A DNA stretch of 64,000 nt, taken from the NCBI GenBank assembly GCA_963827685.1, contig CAWHBU010000002.1, positions 352,001 to 416,000 of the forward strand. Reading direction: 5' to 3'. Made by a program: the position numbers and the translations under genes. The notes beneath the pieces are model-generated. The model did not search any database and had not been told where the DNA came from. It saw only the letters and a list, made by a program, of their open reading frames with translations. This stretch comes from an uncultured delta proteobacterium. GTDB taxonomy: Bacteria; Desulfobacterota; BSN033; UBA1163. Positions 10,726 through 20,265 of this stretch are shown piece after piece. Positions within the stretch are counted from its first letter, which is position 1. Every line of letters begins with the position of its first letter.

Positions 10726-11563
10726 CAATGCAGAAATAGAATATACCTCATGTCCTTTATGCCACAGAGAGGAACAGGATATAGCCTATAAGTTTGATCC
10801 ATACGCAGTAGCACATTGCCGTTCGTGTGGCTTTTACTATCTCTCGCCCCGTTTGACAGAGGCAGCTATGCTGAATATGTATAGAAATGATGACTATTTT
10901 GAAGGCAAAGGAGTCGGCTATGAAAGATACAACGAACAGGAGTCGTCTCTCCGAGCCACCTTCCGCCGCCTTATGATCAATCTTGAGAAACGCAACCTAA
11001 CCGGAGGAGTTCTGTTGGAAGTAGGTTGCGGTTACGGTTATCTTTTAGAGGAAGCAAGAGGCTTTTTTGATACCCGTATAGGAACTGAATACTCCCGTCA
11101 GGCCATTGCACAAGCTTCCAAAAGAGCGGACCGCACCTACGAAGGAGGTATTGATCAGATTCCTGCCAATGATAGATTTGACTGTATTTTTACGATCCAA
11201 GTCATCGAACATATCTATCAACCCAGATCCTTTCTGGAAAGTTTATGTAGACATCTCAACCCCGGAGGGAGAATGGTCATTGTCACCCCTGACATAGGCT
11301 GTTTCTGGCGACGCTTGATGGGACATCGTTGGCCAGCTTTTAAGATACCGGAACATGTTCTTTATTTCAACAAGTGGTCGTTGTATAAACTGCTGCGGGA
11401 AGTTGGGATGGTGGGCATAAGATCCTTGCCTTATCCACATGCCTTTCCTCTCTCTTTGCTTGCCGCAAAATTGAATATCTCATTGCCTTCAATATTAGGT
11501 AGATTTATCTTGTGGATCCCTGCAGCCACACTTGCAATGGTTGGAGTCTCTCCTGATGAATGA
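10718..11563 (+). CDS. Class I SAM methyltransferase with N-terminal Zn finger
   Basis: CPLC...CRSC, LEVGCGYG, VIEH, PEH; the ATG at 10718 overlaps the upstream gene end. Confidence 0.85.
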   Translation: MIDNAEIEYTSCPLCHREEQDIAYKFDPYAVAHCRSCGFYYLSPRLTEAAMLNMYRNDDYFEGKGVGYERYNEQESSLRATFRRLMINLEKRNLTGGVLLEVGCGYGYLLEEARGFFDTRIGTEYSRQAIAQASKRADRTYEGGIDQIPANDRFDCIFTIQVIEHIYQPRSFLESLCRHLNPGGRMVIVTPDIGCFWRRLMGHRWPAFKIPEHVLYFNKWSLYKLLREVGMVGIRSLPYPHAFPLSLLAAKLNISLPSILGRFILWIPAATLAMVGVSPDE

Positions 11564-12506
11564 ATCTTTGCTCAGTAAACCCGCTCTTTCTATTGTCATC
11601 CCTCTTTATCGAGAGGGGTCTGTCTTGAAAACAGTACTATCGACCATTCAAAGAAACCTGGAATCTGTAAATGAGTCATATGAATTGATACTCGTGGATG
11701 ACGGTTCACCGGACGACACTTGGGCTGTGATCGAGGAGGAGTCAAAAAACTACCCGATGCTTCGGGCAGTCCGCTTAAGTAGAAATTTTGGCAAGGAGTC
11801 TGCCTTATGTGCTGGCCTCGATGTGGCAAGAGGAAGTGCTGTCATTCTAATAGATGGCGATTTGCAACATCCTCCAGAGCTTATCCCGGAGATGGTCCGT
11901 CTGTGGAAGGAGGGATTTCGGGTGGTGGAAGGGGTGAAGGCAAACCGTGGGCAGGAACCCTTGACCAACCGATTAGGCGCAACATTCTTCTATTGGATCA
12001 TGAACCGGTTGGTTGGGTTTCCCCTCCGCTCTTCATCCGATTTTAAATTATTGGATCGGACAGTGGTAGAAGCCCTTAAGACCATGGGAGAAAGAAGTCG
12101 CCTATTTCGAGGAATGGTGCCCTGGCTTGGTTTCCGCCGTGCAACCCTTCCATTCTCAGTGGCTAAAAGGTTAAGTGGAACTTCTCACTGGTCAAGAAGG
12201 AAACTACTTCGCCTTGCTGTGAATATCATCACTTCTTTCTCTTTCCTTCCCCTTCATCTCGTGACGGTTATGGGAGTTTTCACTCTTTGCTTTAGCCTTC
12301 TCATTGGCATTCACACCCTTTACCTTAAATGGATTGGTAAAGCCGTAAGTGGATTTACTACCGTGATTTTGCTCCTTCTCCTCATGAACGGAGTGCTCAT
12401 GATCAGTTTGGGTATTATCGGAGAATATATGGCACGCATCTATGAGGAAGCGAAAAGACGGCCCCTTTATGTCATAGAAAAGACATTAGAATCTGGTTGT
12501 TCATGA
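11556..12506 (+). CDS. GtrB/ArnC-like polyprenyl-phosphate glycosyltransferase (GT2)
   Basis: VDDGSPD, LSRNFGKESA, DGDLQHPPE, two C-terminal TM helices, GEYMARIYEEAKRRPLY. Confidence 0.9.
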   Translation: MNESLLSKPALSIVIPLYREGSVLKTVLSTIQRNLESVNESYELILVDDGSPDDTWAVIEEESKNYPMLRAVRLSRNFGKESALCAGLDVARGSAVILIDGDLQHPPELIPEMVRLWKEGFRVVEGVKANRGQEPLTNRLGATFFYWIMNRLVGFPLRSSSDFKLLDRTVVEALKTMGERSRLFRGMVPWLGFRRATLPFSVAKRLSGTSHWSRRKLLRLAVNIITSFSFLPLHLVTVMGVFTLCFSLLIGIHTLYLKWIGKAVSGFTTVILLLLLMNGVLMISLGIIGEYMARIYEEAKRRPLYVIEKTLESGCS

Positions 12507-12559
12507 CCGTCTATTTATTTCCATAATTTCAAATAGCGGAATTCATTAAAATATATGCC

Positions 12560-13435
12560 ATGGAAAACATCTTTCACTGTGATGATATCGGGGCAACCTC
12601 TTCTATGACCAAACGGATTCTTGAGGCGTGGAAAGCCGGGCTCCTCAATGGTTTTAGCATCTTAGCCAATGGCGATGCCACTTCGGAAGTGCGTCTCGGG
12701 CTTTTATCAGACCCAGATCGAGACGCACGTATTTCGGTCCACTTGAACCTTTGTGAAGGCAAATCTCTCATCGAACCTCGTGATATACCCCTCCTCGCCG
12801 ATAGCCATGGAAACCTAAACCAAGGCTTCGTCAGGTTGCTAATTTTGTGGTTTACCAGTTCGAAGATGAAGAAGAACGCTCTACTGCGACAAATAGAAAA
12901 AGAATGGCGCGCCCAAATCACTGAGGTTAAGAGAATCTGCAGCCCCCGTAAGATCACGGCTATCGACAGTCACATGCACATTCACATGATCCCTTTCCTT
13001 TTTCCTGTTGCAGCCAGGTTGGCAAAGGGACAAGACATTCCCGAAATCAGGATATCATACGAAGTTTTCTACTTTTCATCCAGTCTCGTCGAAAGCCTAT
13101 CCTTGCCCTTCCTTGTAAACGTCATCAAGCATTTGGTCCTACGGGAATGCTCGCGGTTTGCACGCCGTTTTGCAAAAGAACATGGATTGACGGGCCCAGA
13201 ATCTCTCATCGGTATTCTATACACGGGAAGGATGACCCGTACGGCTGCGAAGTCAGGTATCGCGGCAGCGATGCGCAAAGGCCTTCAGATGGTAGAAATT
13301 CTCTTCCACATTGGGCGAGCCTCTGACAGGGAATCCGGCCGTTGGGGACACTGTCGACGTCGAGGAACCTTCTCCTTGAGTGAACGACGCGACAGGGAGT
13401 ATTTCGAATTGATGGCTTTGAGGAAGGAGATGTGA
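12560..13435 (+). CDS. ChbG/HpnK (YdjC) family carbohydrate deacetylase
   Basis: HCDDIG, VHLNLCEG, IDSHMHIH, EILFH. Confidence 0.85.
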   Translation: MENIFHCDDIGATSSMTKRILEAWKAGLLNGFSILANGDATSEVRLGLLSDPDRDARISVHLNLCEGKSLIEPRDIPLLADSHGNLNQGFVRLLILWFTSSKMKKNALLRQIEKEWRAQITEVKRICSPRKITAIDSHMHIHMIPFLFPVAARLAKGQDIPEIRISYEVFYFSSSLVESLSLPFLVNVIKHLVLRECSRFARRFAKEHGLTGPESLIGILYTGRMTRTAAKSGIAAAMRKGLQMVEILFHIGRASDRESGRWGHCRRRGTFSLSERRDREYFELMALRKEM

Positions 13436-14409
13436 TGGTATCGGTCGAGGTGTTGGATCCTAATAGCCTGGACTATGAAGCCTACTCGAATCTGCAGAAG
13501 GAGGCTTTTTCAGAGCTATTGTCGAGATCGAGTGTTTGCGATGCTTTCATGACACCCCAGTATTATCAATGGAAATATCGTCCCCCTGAAGGTTCTGCCA
13601 AGGTCGCGGTCGTTCTGGAAAGTGGAAGAATCGTAGCGGCAAACGGCATGTTTCCTCTTCGTATTCGATATAGAGATTTTTCTATCAGGGGTTGGCAGTC
13701 TTGTGACACAGCCACTTTGCCCGGTGCACGAGGAAAGGGCTACTTCATGAGATGTCTAAAGGCACTGGAAAAGGAATTGGGGGCGAAGGAGATATTCTTC
13801 GGTTTCCCGAACCAGAACTCTTTGTCTGGATTTATAAAGCTGGGCTGGCGAGAGAGGGGAGTAGTTACGACCTGGGTTAACCCTTTCCCTTTCAAAGGGA
13901 GACGAGCATCGGTGAATATCACAGAGGTGGACCGCTTTGATCATAGGCAGGACTCATTGGCTGAACAGTTCACTCACTTGGATGGACCAATGTTGGATCG
14001 GGGTTCAGCTTACATGAACTGGCGCTATCATGACCATCCAATTTACAAATACGCCTCCTTTGTTTATCAGAATGATGGAAATTGGCAGGGTTTCGCGGTG
14101 GCACGAAGAGTTCAAGCAATGAGAAGGGACGCTGCCCTTATCATGGAGTTGTGGGGATTGTGTCCTGAGGTTTCACGCTCTTTACAAAGACACGTAGTCG
14201 GCTGGGCCAGAGAGCAAGGTCTCAAAATGGTAGTCTTGCTGGATAATAGCCTTGCTCCTGGAAATGCTTTGAGGGTAGGCTTCTTCCCTATACCTTCGCA
14301 GTTCCTACCCAAGAGACTTAGGTTAATGGGTTATGCTACAGGTGGAGAGGCAGAAACGATAATGGAGAGAAAGTGGAGGGTGCAGGCTGGAGATTGGGAT
14401 ACCTTCTGA
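13432..14409 (+). CDS. GNAT-family N-acyltransferase
   Basis: WKY, DTATLPGARGKGYF (acyl-CoA loop), GFPNQNS, R...YMNWRY, C-terminal GDWD. Confidence 0.8.
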   Translation: MMVSVEVLDPNSLDYEAYSNLQKEAFSELLSRSSVCDAFMTPQYYQWKYRPPEGSAKVAVVLESGRIVAANGMFPLRIRYRDFSIRGWQSCDTATLPGARGKGYFMRCLKALEKELGAKEIFFGFPNQNSLSGFIKLGWRERGVVTTWVNPFPFKGRRASVNITEVDRFDHRQDSLAEQFTHLDGPMLDRGSAYMNWRYHDHPIYKYASFVYQNDGNWQGFAVARRVQAMRRDAALIMELWGLCPEVSRSLQRHVVGWAREQGLKMVVLLDNSLAPGNALRVGFFPIPSQFLPKRLRLMGYATGGEAETIMERKWRVQAGDWDTF

Positions 14410-14657
14410 TATGTCAAAGTAAAATGCAAGGGCTAGAAATAACGATTGTTGGTTTGGCACAAATTTCTTTATTTGGTTAGATTTTAATTATTATGGTAGA
14501 AATTGATTATATCATAACAAAGAGATTATGATTTTCTGGGTAACAGTACTCGCTTTTTACTCCATGTTTTACTGTAAATGTTTATGTAGGCTTACATAGA
14601 AAGAAGAGGCTATTGGAGATTATTTTCCGAGTTTTTTGCCAAGGAAGGATGCACAAG

Positions 14658-15026
14658 ATGTGGTTCATTTTCTTAGTCCTTCTTTATCTCTTATTGAGTG
14701 CCACTGGCTTGATATTGATCAAACTTGGCTTTAATCAATTCAGCTTTGAAACTTATCACTTGGAAGAATATAGACGATTTTTAAAATATGCCTGTCACCA
14801 TCCTGAGATTATCCTTGGTTTACTCTTATATATTTTCAGCTTTCTATCCTGGCTCATCCTCCTGTCTAAGAAACAACTAACCTATATCTTCCCAATTGTT
14901 ACCGGTTTGGGTTATGCCAGCATTATTATCGCATCCGTTCTCTTTCTAAAGGAGGAGATCAATTTATTCAAAATCATTGGAATCATTCTTATTGGTGCGG
15001 GTATTCTATTCGTTATTAAAGTCTAA
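14658..15026 (+). CDS. Small four-TM SMR/EamA-like protein (ArnE/ArnF-like flippase candidate)
   Basis: Four hydrophobic segments; LTYIFP...LFLKEEI...GIILIGAG. Confidence 0.75.
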   Translation: MWFIFLVLLYLLLSATGLILIKLGFNQFSFETYHLEEYRRFLKYACHHPEIILGLLLYIFSFLSWLILLSKKQLTYIFPIVTGLGYASIIIASVLFLKEEINLFKIIGIILIGAGILFVIKV

Positions 15027-15058
15027 GCAAAAATATTTGAAATTTTTCTTACCTAAAA

Positions 15059-15150
15059 TCCCTCCCCTTTGACGGGGGAGGGTAAGGGTAGGGATGGATA
15101 ACAAATAAGGTTCCCCCTCCCCTTCCTCCCCTCCCACCAAGGGAGGGGGA
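15059..15150. repeat. REP-like double-hairpin element (ccctcccc...gggagggg family)
   Basis: ccctcccctttgacgggggaggg and tcccctcccaccaagggagggg hairpins; relatives near 41914-42095, 44375-44425 and 59665-59690. Confidence 0.7.
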
Positions 15151-15452
15151 GGTTTTGGGGGATATTTTCAAATGTTAGAAGAAAATTCTCAAATCTTATA
15201 TGTAAGAATATAAAGACAGAGTTTGCTTATGAAAAAGGGGGCGGTTCGCGAAAAAGGGGACTCCAAAAAAGGGGACAGTCCCCCGCCCCCTTTGCCTTTT
15301 TTTCTTGTGCATAACTTTAATAAAGCAAATAGTATGCGATCAGTTCAAAATATTCTCTCCACGAAATCCAAAATTTCATTGAAAAATAATATTTATTCGG
15401 ATATTATTTACAATAAATTTCTTCTGAATTCTTTCTTTTAGGAGGTGCTGAA

Positions 15453-15884
15453 ATGGTAAAAAAAGGGTTTATATCATTGGTTCTCTTTCACCTTGTGATC
15501 CTCTTTACGGCAGCAGGGATTTCCAATGCCCAGCCCAAAATCTCAAATTTCGATATCTCTCCCAAGGAGATCGGATATAACACAGAAGTCACCATCTCTT
15601 TCGATTATGAAAATGTGGAGGGGGGGCTGAAGGAGGCAAAGGTACTGCTCATCCAGAAGATTCAACTTCCAGGTGAAGAAAAGGTGGTTACGAGGACTTC
15701 GAACTGGCAGGCACACCTGACGGATCTATCCGCTTACCCTTCAGCGTTCGGGAGGTTTGAGAAGAAGTTTGTCAATGCAGAGCGTTGGAGGGGGCCAAAG
15801 ATAGAGCTTACCTATGAAATCAAAGTGGTCGATAGAAATAACAAGGAAAGTAATACCCTGAGCACAAAAATAACGCCAAAATGA
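15453..15884 (+). CDS. Secreted hypothetical protein
   Basis: AGGAGG RBS; signal peptide ending SNA; beta-rich. Confidence 0.75.
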   Translation: MVKKGFISLVLFHLVILFTAAGISNAQPKISNFDISPKEIGYNTEVTISFDYENVEGGLKEAKVLLIQKIQLPGEEKVVTRTSNWQAHLTDLSAYPSAFGRFEKKFVNAERWRGPKIELTYEIKVVDRNNKESNTLSTKITPK

Positions 15885-15918
15885 AAGGGGGTAAACATTT
15901 AAGTTTCACCCCCTTTTT
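15884..15918. terminator. Bidirectional intrinsic terminator
   Basis: aaagggggtaaac...gtttcacccccttttt between convergent genes. Confidence 0.75.
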
Positions 15919-15954
15919 GAGTTGAATTCAGTAAGGAATCAAATTGTTTCTAAC

Positions 15955-16422
15955 TTATTTGTGTTTGGTATTGCTAGCTGCTTCTCCCGCCCTGGCGGCA
16001 GGAAGAAATTGTGCCTGAGAGCCTGACGTTCCACCCAACCCGGGCTTGCCCGTATTGCCCACTACCTGCTCTCCAGACGGAACTAATTCATAACCATCCC
16101 TCAGCGCCTGGGCCTCCCTCGTACTTGCTGGGGTTTCGGCCTTTGCGGCAGGAAGAAATTGTGCCTGAGAGCCTGACGTTCCACCCAACCCGGGCTTGCC
16201 CGTATTGCCCACTACCTGCTCTCCAGACGGAACTAATTCATAACCATCCCTCAGCGCCTGGGCCTCCTTCGTACTTGCTGGGGTTTCAGCCTTTGCAGCA
16301 GGAGAAAGTTGTGGCTGAGAGCCTGACGGTCCGCTGCCCATCTCCTGGGCGCTGGCTCCGGCGATGAGAACAAGAAATATTAAGAGAGGAAGAAAGACAC
16401 TTCTAAACCCTTTTGTTTTCAT
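15955..16422 (-). CDS. Secreted low-complexity protein with 50-aa tandem repeats
   Basis: GGAGG RBS; signal peptide ending ASA; about 2.2 repeat copies. Confidence 0.75.
   Translation of the reverse strand: MKTKGFRSVFLPLLIFLVLIAGASAQEMGSGPSGSQPQLSPAAKAETPASTKEAQALRDGYELVPSGEQVVGNTGKPGLGGTSGSQAQFLPAAKAETPASTREAQALRDGYELVPSGEQVVGNTGKPGLGGTSGSQAQFLPAARAGEAASNTKHK
15995..16328 (-). repeat. Near-perfect 150-bp tandem repeat
   Basis: ggaagaaattgtgcctgagagcctgacg at 16001 and 16151; partial third copy near 16301. Confidence 0.92.
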
Positions 16423-16440
16423 AAGAACCTCCCCTGCCCA

Positions 16441-17208
16441 TCAATAGGAATATGGATAATATACTAAGCTTATACTGGCATTATAAACCCGAACGGATCC
16501 GCCGCTGTAGTCATATCCCTGTCCGGTAAGATAAATAGGTGTGTCAACACTTGCTGAACAACTAAACCACCGTGTTGTCGCGAAGGGAAAAGATATTTGT
16601 CCCGCTACTACGCTTGGCACATCCGTAAAAGACCACGCAACTTGGTCTCCCCCGGATGTCGTGGATAGATAAATTCGGGAATAGGCAGTATTTCCCGCAA
16701 CCTTATTATAATGGTTTACACTTCCGGATCCAGTAGCCTGAATAAAACCAGCCGTAGGACAATAACAACTAGCACTTTTGAGATTGGCGATCGTCGTATC
16801 CAATGTAACATATGACGTCATATCTACCGAGTTATACGCACTAAAATTCGAGTTAAGACCCCCTCCTGTCGCTGCAACAGGTGAGGGCGTCGAACCTCCA
16901 ATTTGAGCCCAGTCGTTATTGTAAGAACCATCTGCATTGAATGAACTCCTCCATATAGTATTAGCTGAAGAAACGCCGTAGAGATAATATCTTTGTGTAT
17001 CCTCATCCCAGATTAAAGTGGGTTGTGAGGCAAAAGTACCGGATATCGATGTCCATGCGGAACAAGAAGTCCCGTTACAGGTCATTGCCCATAGAGTGCT
17101 ATTTGACGCACGGACAACCACCAAATGGCTTGGATCTGCAAAGCCAATCGAAACGCCTAAAAGGATCAAGGAAAGGCACAAAAAAAATGCTAACACTATT
17201 TTCTTCAT
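16441..17208 (-). CDS. Secreted protein with N-terminal propeller-blade-like repeats and a C-terminal beta domain
   Basis: GGAGG RBS; signal peptide; VVRASNSTLW...WTSISGT...IWRSSFNADGSYNNDWAQIGGSTPS resembles the blades of 17473..19362. Confidence 0.78.
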   Translation of the reverse strand: MKKIVLAFFLCLSLILLGVSIGFADPSHLVVVRASNSTLWAMTCNGTSCSAWTSISGTFASQPTLIWDEDTQRYYLYGVSSANTIWRSSFNADGSYNNDWAQIGGSTPSPVAATGGGLNSNFSAYNSVDMTSYVTLDTTIANLKSASCYCPTAGFIQATGSGSVNHYNKVAGNTAYSRIYLSTTSGGDQVAWSFTDVPSVVAGQISFPFATTRWFSCSASVDTPIYLTGQGYDYSGGSVRVYNASISLVYYPYSY

Positions 17209-17347
17209 AATTAGGTCCTCCTCTTTGAGTCAATTTTTCGCTATTCGTAAATCAATCTTCTTTTCTGCCTTGCGACATTAAGCAGATCATACAATTTGAC
17301 CCCTGTAACCCCTTTCACCTCCTTCTTATCAAATTAGAGTTGTGACA

Positions 17348-17376
17348 ATCTTATAGGGAAAGTTTTAGTTTGTCAA
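17348..17376 (-). promoter_or_regulatory. Sigma70-type promoter upstream of 16441..17208
   Basis: TTGACA-17 bp-TAAGAT on the minus strand. Confidence 0.6.
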
Positions 17377-17472
17377 TAAAAATAATTGTGTCTGTGTGTG
17401 TCGAGGATCACGGTTCTATCAACTCAAATCTAAAGCAGGATGTCCTCGACAGATTGATGAAGGGGTTTGATT

Positions 17473-19362
17473 TTAATATAGCAAGCTCCACAGGGAACCA
17501 TCTGATGCTTGAACTATAATGCCCAAATATCCTATGGAAGGGAGATAGGCCATTCCTGGAGAAGAAGGTGTGCTCCCGGAAATATTGCCCCAATCATTAT
17601 TGAAGCTTCCACTCGAATTGAAGGTTCCGAACCAGATCGAATCATTAGATGCCCTCGCGAGGATACAGACTTTGGATGTCGAAGCATCCCAGGCCAGCGC
17701 AGGAGAGGAAGGGGTCGCCCCAGGGATGGGGGTCCAATCATTATTGAATACCCCACTTGAATTAAAGGTTCCAACCCAAAGGGAATCATTCGAACTACGT
17801 ACCACCATCTGAAGTTCGTTGGCAACCGGGTTCCAGGCCAGCGCAGGAGAGGAAGGGGTCGCCCCAGGGATGGGAGTCCAATTATTATTGAATACCCCAC
17901 TTGAATTAAAGGTTCCAACCCAGATCGAATTATCCGAACCACGCACCACCATCTGGAGTATGTTGGCTACTGAGTTCCAGGCCAGAGCTGGAGAGGAAGG
18001 GATCGCCCCAGGGATGGGGGTCCAATCATTATTGAATACCCCACTTGAATTAAAGGTTCCAAGCCAAATCGAATTATCCGAACCACGTACCACCATCTGA
18101 AGTTCGCTGGCAACCGGGTTCCAGGCCAGGGCCGGAGAAGAAGGTGTTGCTCCAGGTATCCATGTCCAGTCGTTGTTAAAGACTCCGCTGGAGTTGAAGG
18201 TTCCAGCCCAGATCGAATCATTAGTAGCCCGGACCACTAAAAAGAGTTTATTGACTGCGGGATTCCAGGCCAGAGCTGGGGCAGACGGTGTACTTCCAGG
18301 GAGAGAATTCCACTGTGGAGAAGCGTTGAACGTCACATTAAGGGTCTGGAATTGTCTGGAATACCAATCTGAATAACCCGACTCATGCATGATACAACTG
18401 TAATTCATATGCATCTTCATGCGGAAAAGGCCATTCGGCCTGCCACTGGTAGTTCCCCAGCTGTTCAAGACAATCCAATACTGCTGCGTAGGGTCAGTAG
18501 AGCTATCATCGTAACCAACGATCAAGACTGCGTGCCCTCCGCCCTGATTGTCAACCCATGTATGGCCACAATAGACGTCCGGATCCCAGATGGCAGTCTC
18601 GGGTCGATTTTCCCAAAAGTCATAGAATCCATTCCAGTCAGTGTTGTCGGCCAAATAAAAGCTAAAATAGATTCCTTTATTCGAATTAAGGACGGCCTTG
18701 ATATTGGCAATCGGTGTCGTATCGCTGGGATACCCCGTTGTACTAATGGTTGTATGTGAGATGGAGGTAATGGCGTAATTCGGAGTGGTCGAAATGCTGG
18801 CGCAGGGCACAATGGTTGAACCGCGCGAACTCGGACATGTGTATGTATAATCCGAGCCATCCTGAAAAGAGGCATTCGTATTGGACCAGGGAATCGCGTA
18901 ACCCGTTGAAGCATACCAGGTTGAGAATCCGGTCAAATTCCCGCCACAACAAGCATAGCTATCCGTCTTGCACGAATCGAGAAATTGCGTAGAAAGCCGG
19001 TCGTGAACACTATTCTGGACATCAAGAGCAATCTCCATGACCCCGGTTCCTGCCCAGACCCAGCAGTTACCGCAGCCTCCCTGATTCCGACCGGTTGGTG
19101 TATACTGAATATGGCTGAGGAGACTGAGCGAGGTCTCAACCCCTGCTGCTTGAGCCTGAAGGAGATATGAATGGATCTCCGGATTGATCTCTTCCCTGGG
19201 GGCTGTTTCGTACTCCAGTACCCATTGATGAAGAGTCTCTGGATCAGGCCGCATAATCGGTAATGCAGTATTAGGAAATGGCAAAGTCTCCTGAGCAAAA
19301 ACTGCACCACTTAGAACCAAAGCCAGCAAGAGAACAATAATTCCCCGAGCCATCTTTTTCAT
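17473..19362 (-). CDS. Secreted papain-like (C1) cysteine peptidase with C-terminal six-repeat beta-propeller
   Basis: NQGGCGNCW, GGHAVLIVGYDD and NSWG catalytic motifs; signal peptide; 48-aa Trp-rich repeats. Confidence 0.9.
   Translation of the reverse strand: MKKMARGIIVLLLALVLSGAVFAQETLPFPNTALPIMRPDPETLHQWVLEYETAPREEINPEIHSYLLQAQAAGVETSLSLLSHIQYTPTGRNQGGCGNCWVWAGTGVMEIALDVQNSVHDRLSTQFLDSCKTDSYACCGGNLTGFSTWYASTGYAIPWSNTNASFQDGSDYTYTCPSSRGSTIVPCASISTTPNYAITSISHTTISTTGYPSDTTPIANIKAVLNSNKGIYFSFYLADNTDWNGFYDFWENRPETAIWDPDVYCGHTWVDNQGGGHAVLIVGYDDSSTDPTQQYWIVLNSWGTTSGRPNGLFRMKMHMNYSCIMHESGYSDWYSRQFQTLNVTFNASPQWNSLPGSTPSAPALAWNPAVNKLFLVVRATNDSIWAGTFNSSGVFNNDWTWIPGATPSSPALAWNPVASELQMVVRGSDNSIWLGTFNSSGVFNNDWTPIPGAIPSSPALAWNSVANILQMVVRGSDNSIWVGTFNSSGVFNNNWTPIPGATPSSPALAWNPVANELQMVVRSSNDSLWVGTFNSSGVFNNDWTPIPGATPSSPALAWDASTSKVCILARASNDSIWFGTFNSSGSFNNDWGNISGSTPSSPGMAYLPSIGYLGIIVQASDGSLWSLLY
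17480..18312 (-). repeat. Intragenic 144-bp tandem repeat, about six copies
   Basis: gaattatccgaaccacg at 17927 and 18071; unit WTPIPGATPSSPALAWNP...LQMVVRGSDNSIW.GTFNSSGVFNND. Confidence 0.92.
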
Positions 19363-19396
19363 AGCGAACCTCCTTGGTCAGTTAAAAAGGCAGTCT

Positions 19397-19822
19397 TCAG
19401 TTTCCCTTCATGTCCTCGGGAGCAATGGAAGGAAAATCGAACAACATGGGTGTACAGGTTCCTCTTACAATCACTTTCAGAGTGCAATCAAGAACCTTAC
19501 CCACTTTGATGTCATATTTCTCTAAAAAATTCAAACCTGGATAATAGTTATGGTTGAGCAGCAACAAGAATTCTCTTCCTTCGGTCTGCGCAAATGGTTC
19601 TTCAATCTTCTGGTCAGGAGTGAACCTAAATCTCACCTCATACCTGTCGCTCGAATAACCGGCAGGACGACCTATTGGCGTGATGGAAACGACCTCCGCG
19701 CGTCCTTGATATTGCTTATACTGGCAGTCTCCCCCAACGATTCTTTCTCCGACCACTTTATCTTCTGAACAAGCCGAAAAGGCAAAGATAAGAAGAACAA
19801 TGAAGCCTATGCTCGTTAGCAT
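19397..19822 (-). CDS. Lipoprotein, hypothetical
   Basis: Lipobox FSA-C after a hydrophobic signal; four further Cys. ATG 19822 preferred because GTG 19861 lies within a sigma54 motif. Confidence 0.75.
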   Translation of the reverse strand: MLTSIGFIVLLIFAFSACSEDKVVGERIVGGDCQYKQYQGRAEVVSITPIGRPAGYSSDRYEVRFRFTPDQKIEEPFAQTEGREFLLLLNHNYYPGLNFLEKYDIKVGKVLDCTLKVIVRGTCTPMLFDFPSIAPEDMKGN

Positions 19823-19844
19823 AGCTTTTTCCAGACAAATTGGC

Positions 19845-19860
19845 TGCATTTTATGTGCCA
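19845..19860 (-). promoter_or_regulatory. Sigma54 (-24/-12) promoter
   Basis: TGGCACataaaaTGCA with exact GG-N10-GC spacing, just upstream of ATG 19822. Confidence 0.6.
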
Positions 19861-20236
19861 CAGATCTAAAATATTTAACCTAATGATTTCTTGCGCTTTT
19901 TCAAATTGTTGTAAAATCCATCGATTCAGAAATGACAAAAATTGCCAATACCTGAAAAAAATTGTTTCTCTTTACAGATGAGAAAGATTTTTGGCAGCCT
20001 CCTTTTTTGATGGAGCTTTCGATTCAGACATAACGGGAGTTAGAATTTAAGTCTTCCCGCAATTCAGGAACGGCAAGCAAAGTAAGGTCTAAGATAAAGA
20101 TCCCTTCCGATGAATCAACTGGTCATTGAGATACGTAATGCCTATTATAAACATCATGTGTTTTTTTTTCAACTAAAATTTTGGACTTTTTAGGCCTATA
20201 ATTTTTCGAGGTGAATATCATCGACTAAAAAAGGCA

Positions 20237-20265
20237 TTGACTCTCTTGTGGAGGCTTTCTAAAAT
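20237..20265 (+). promoter_or_regulatory. Sigma70-type promoter
   Basis: TTGACT-17 bp-TAAAAT upstream of the GT4 gene at 20553. Confidence 0.5.

Noticed and set aside
15322-15340. Sigma54-like motif on the minus strand (tcgcatactatttgc)
   Set aside because: The invariant GG is CG and no gene lies downstream on that strand.
15223-15441. 72-aa ORF
   Set aside because: It translates a GC hairpin (ggggacagtcccc) and an AT-rich promoter region.
15995-18312. Tandem repeats as a CRISPR array
   Set aside because: Units are 150 and 144 bp, in frame inside ORFs, with no unique spacers and no cas genes.
19980-20100. Possible c-di-GMP riboswitch upstream of the lipoprotein
   Set aside because: Only a ggctgcc-like 3' fragment; the GGCAAA/GAAA/GCAAA core is absent.
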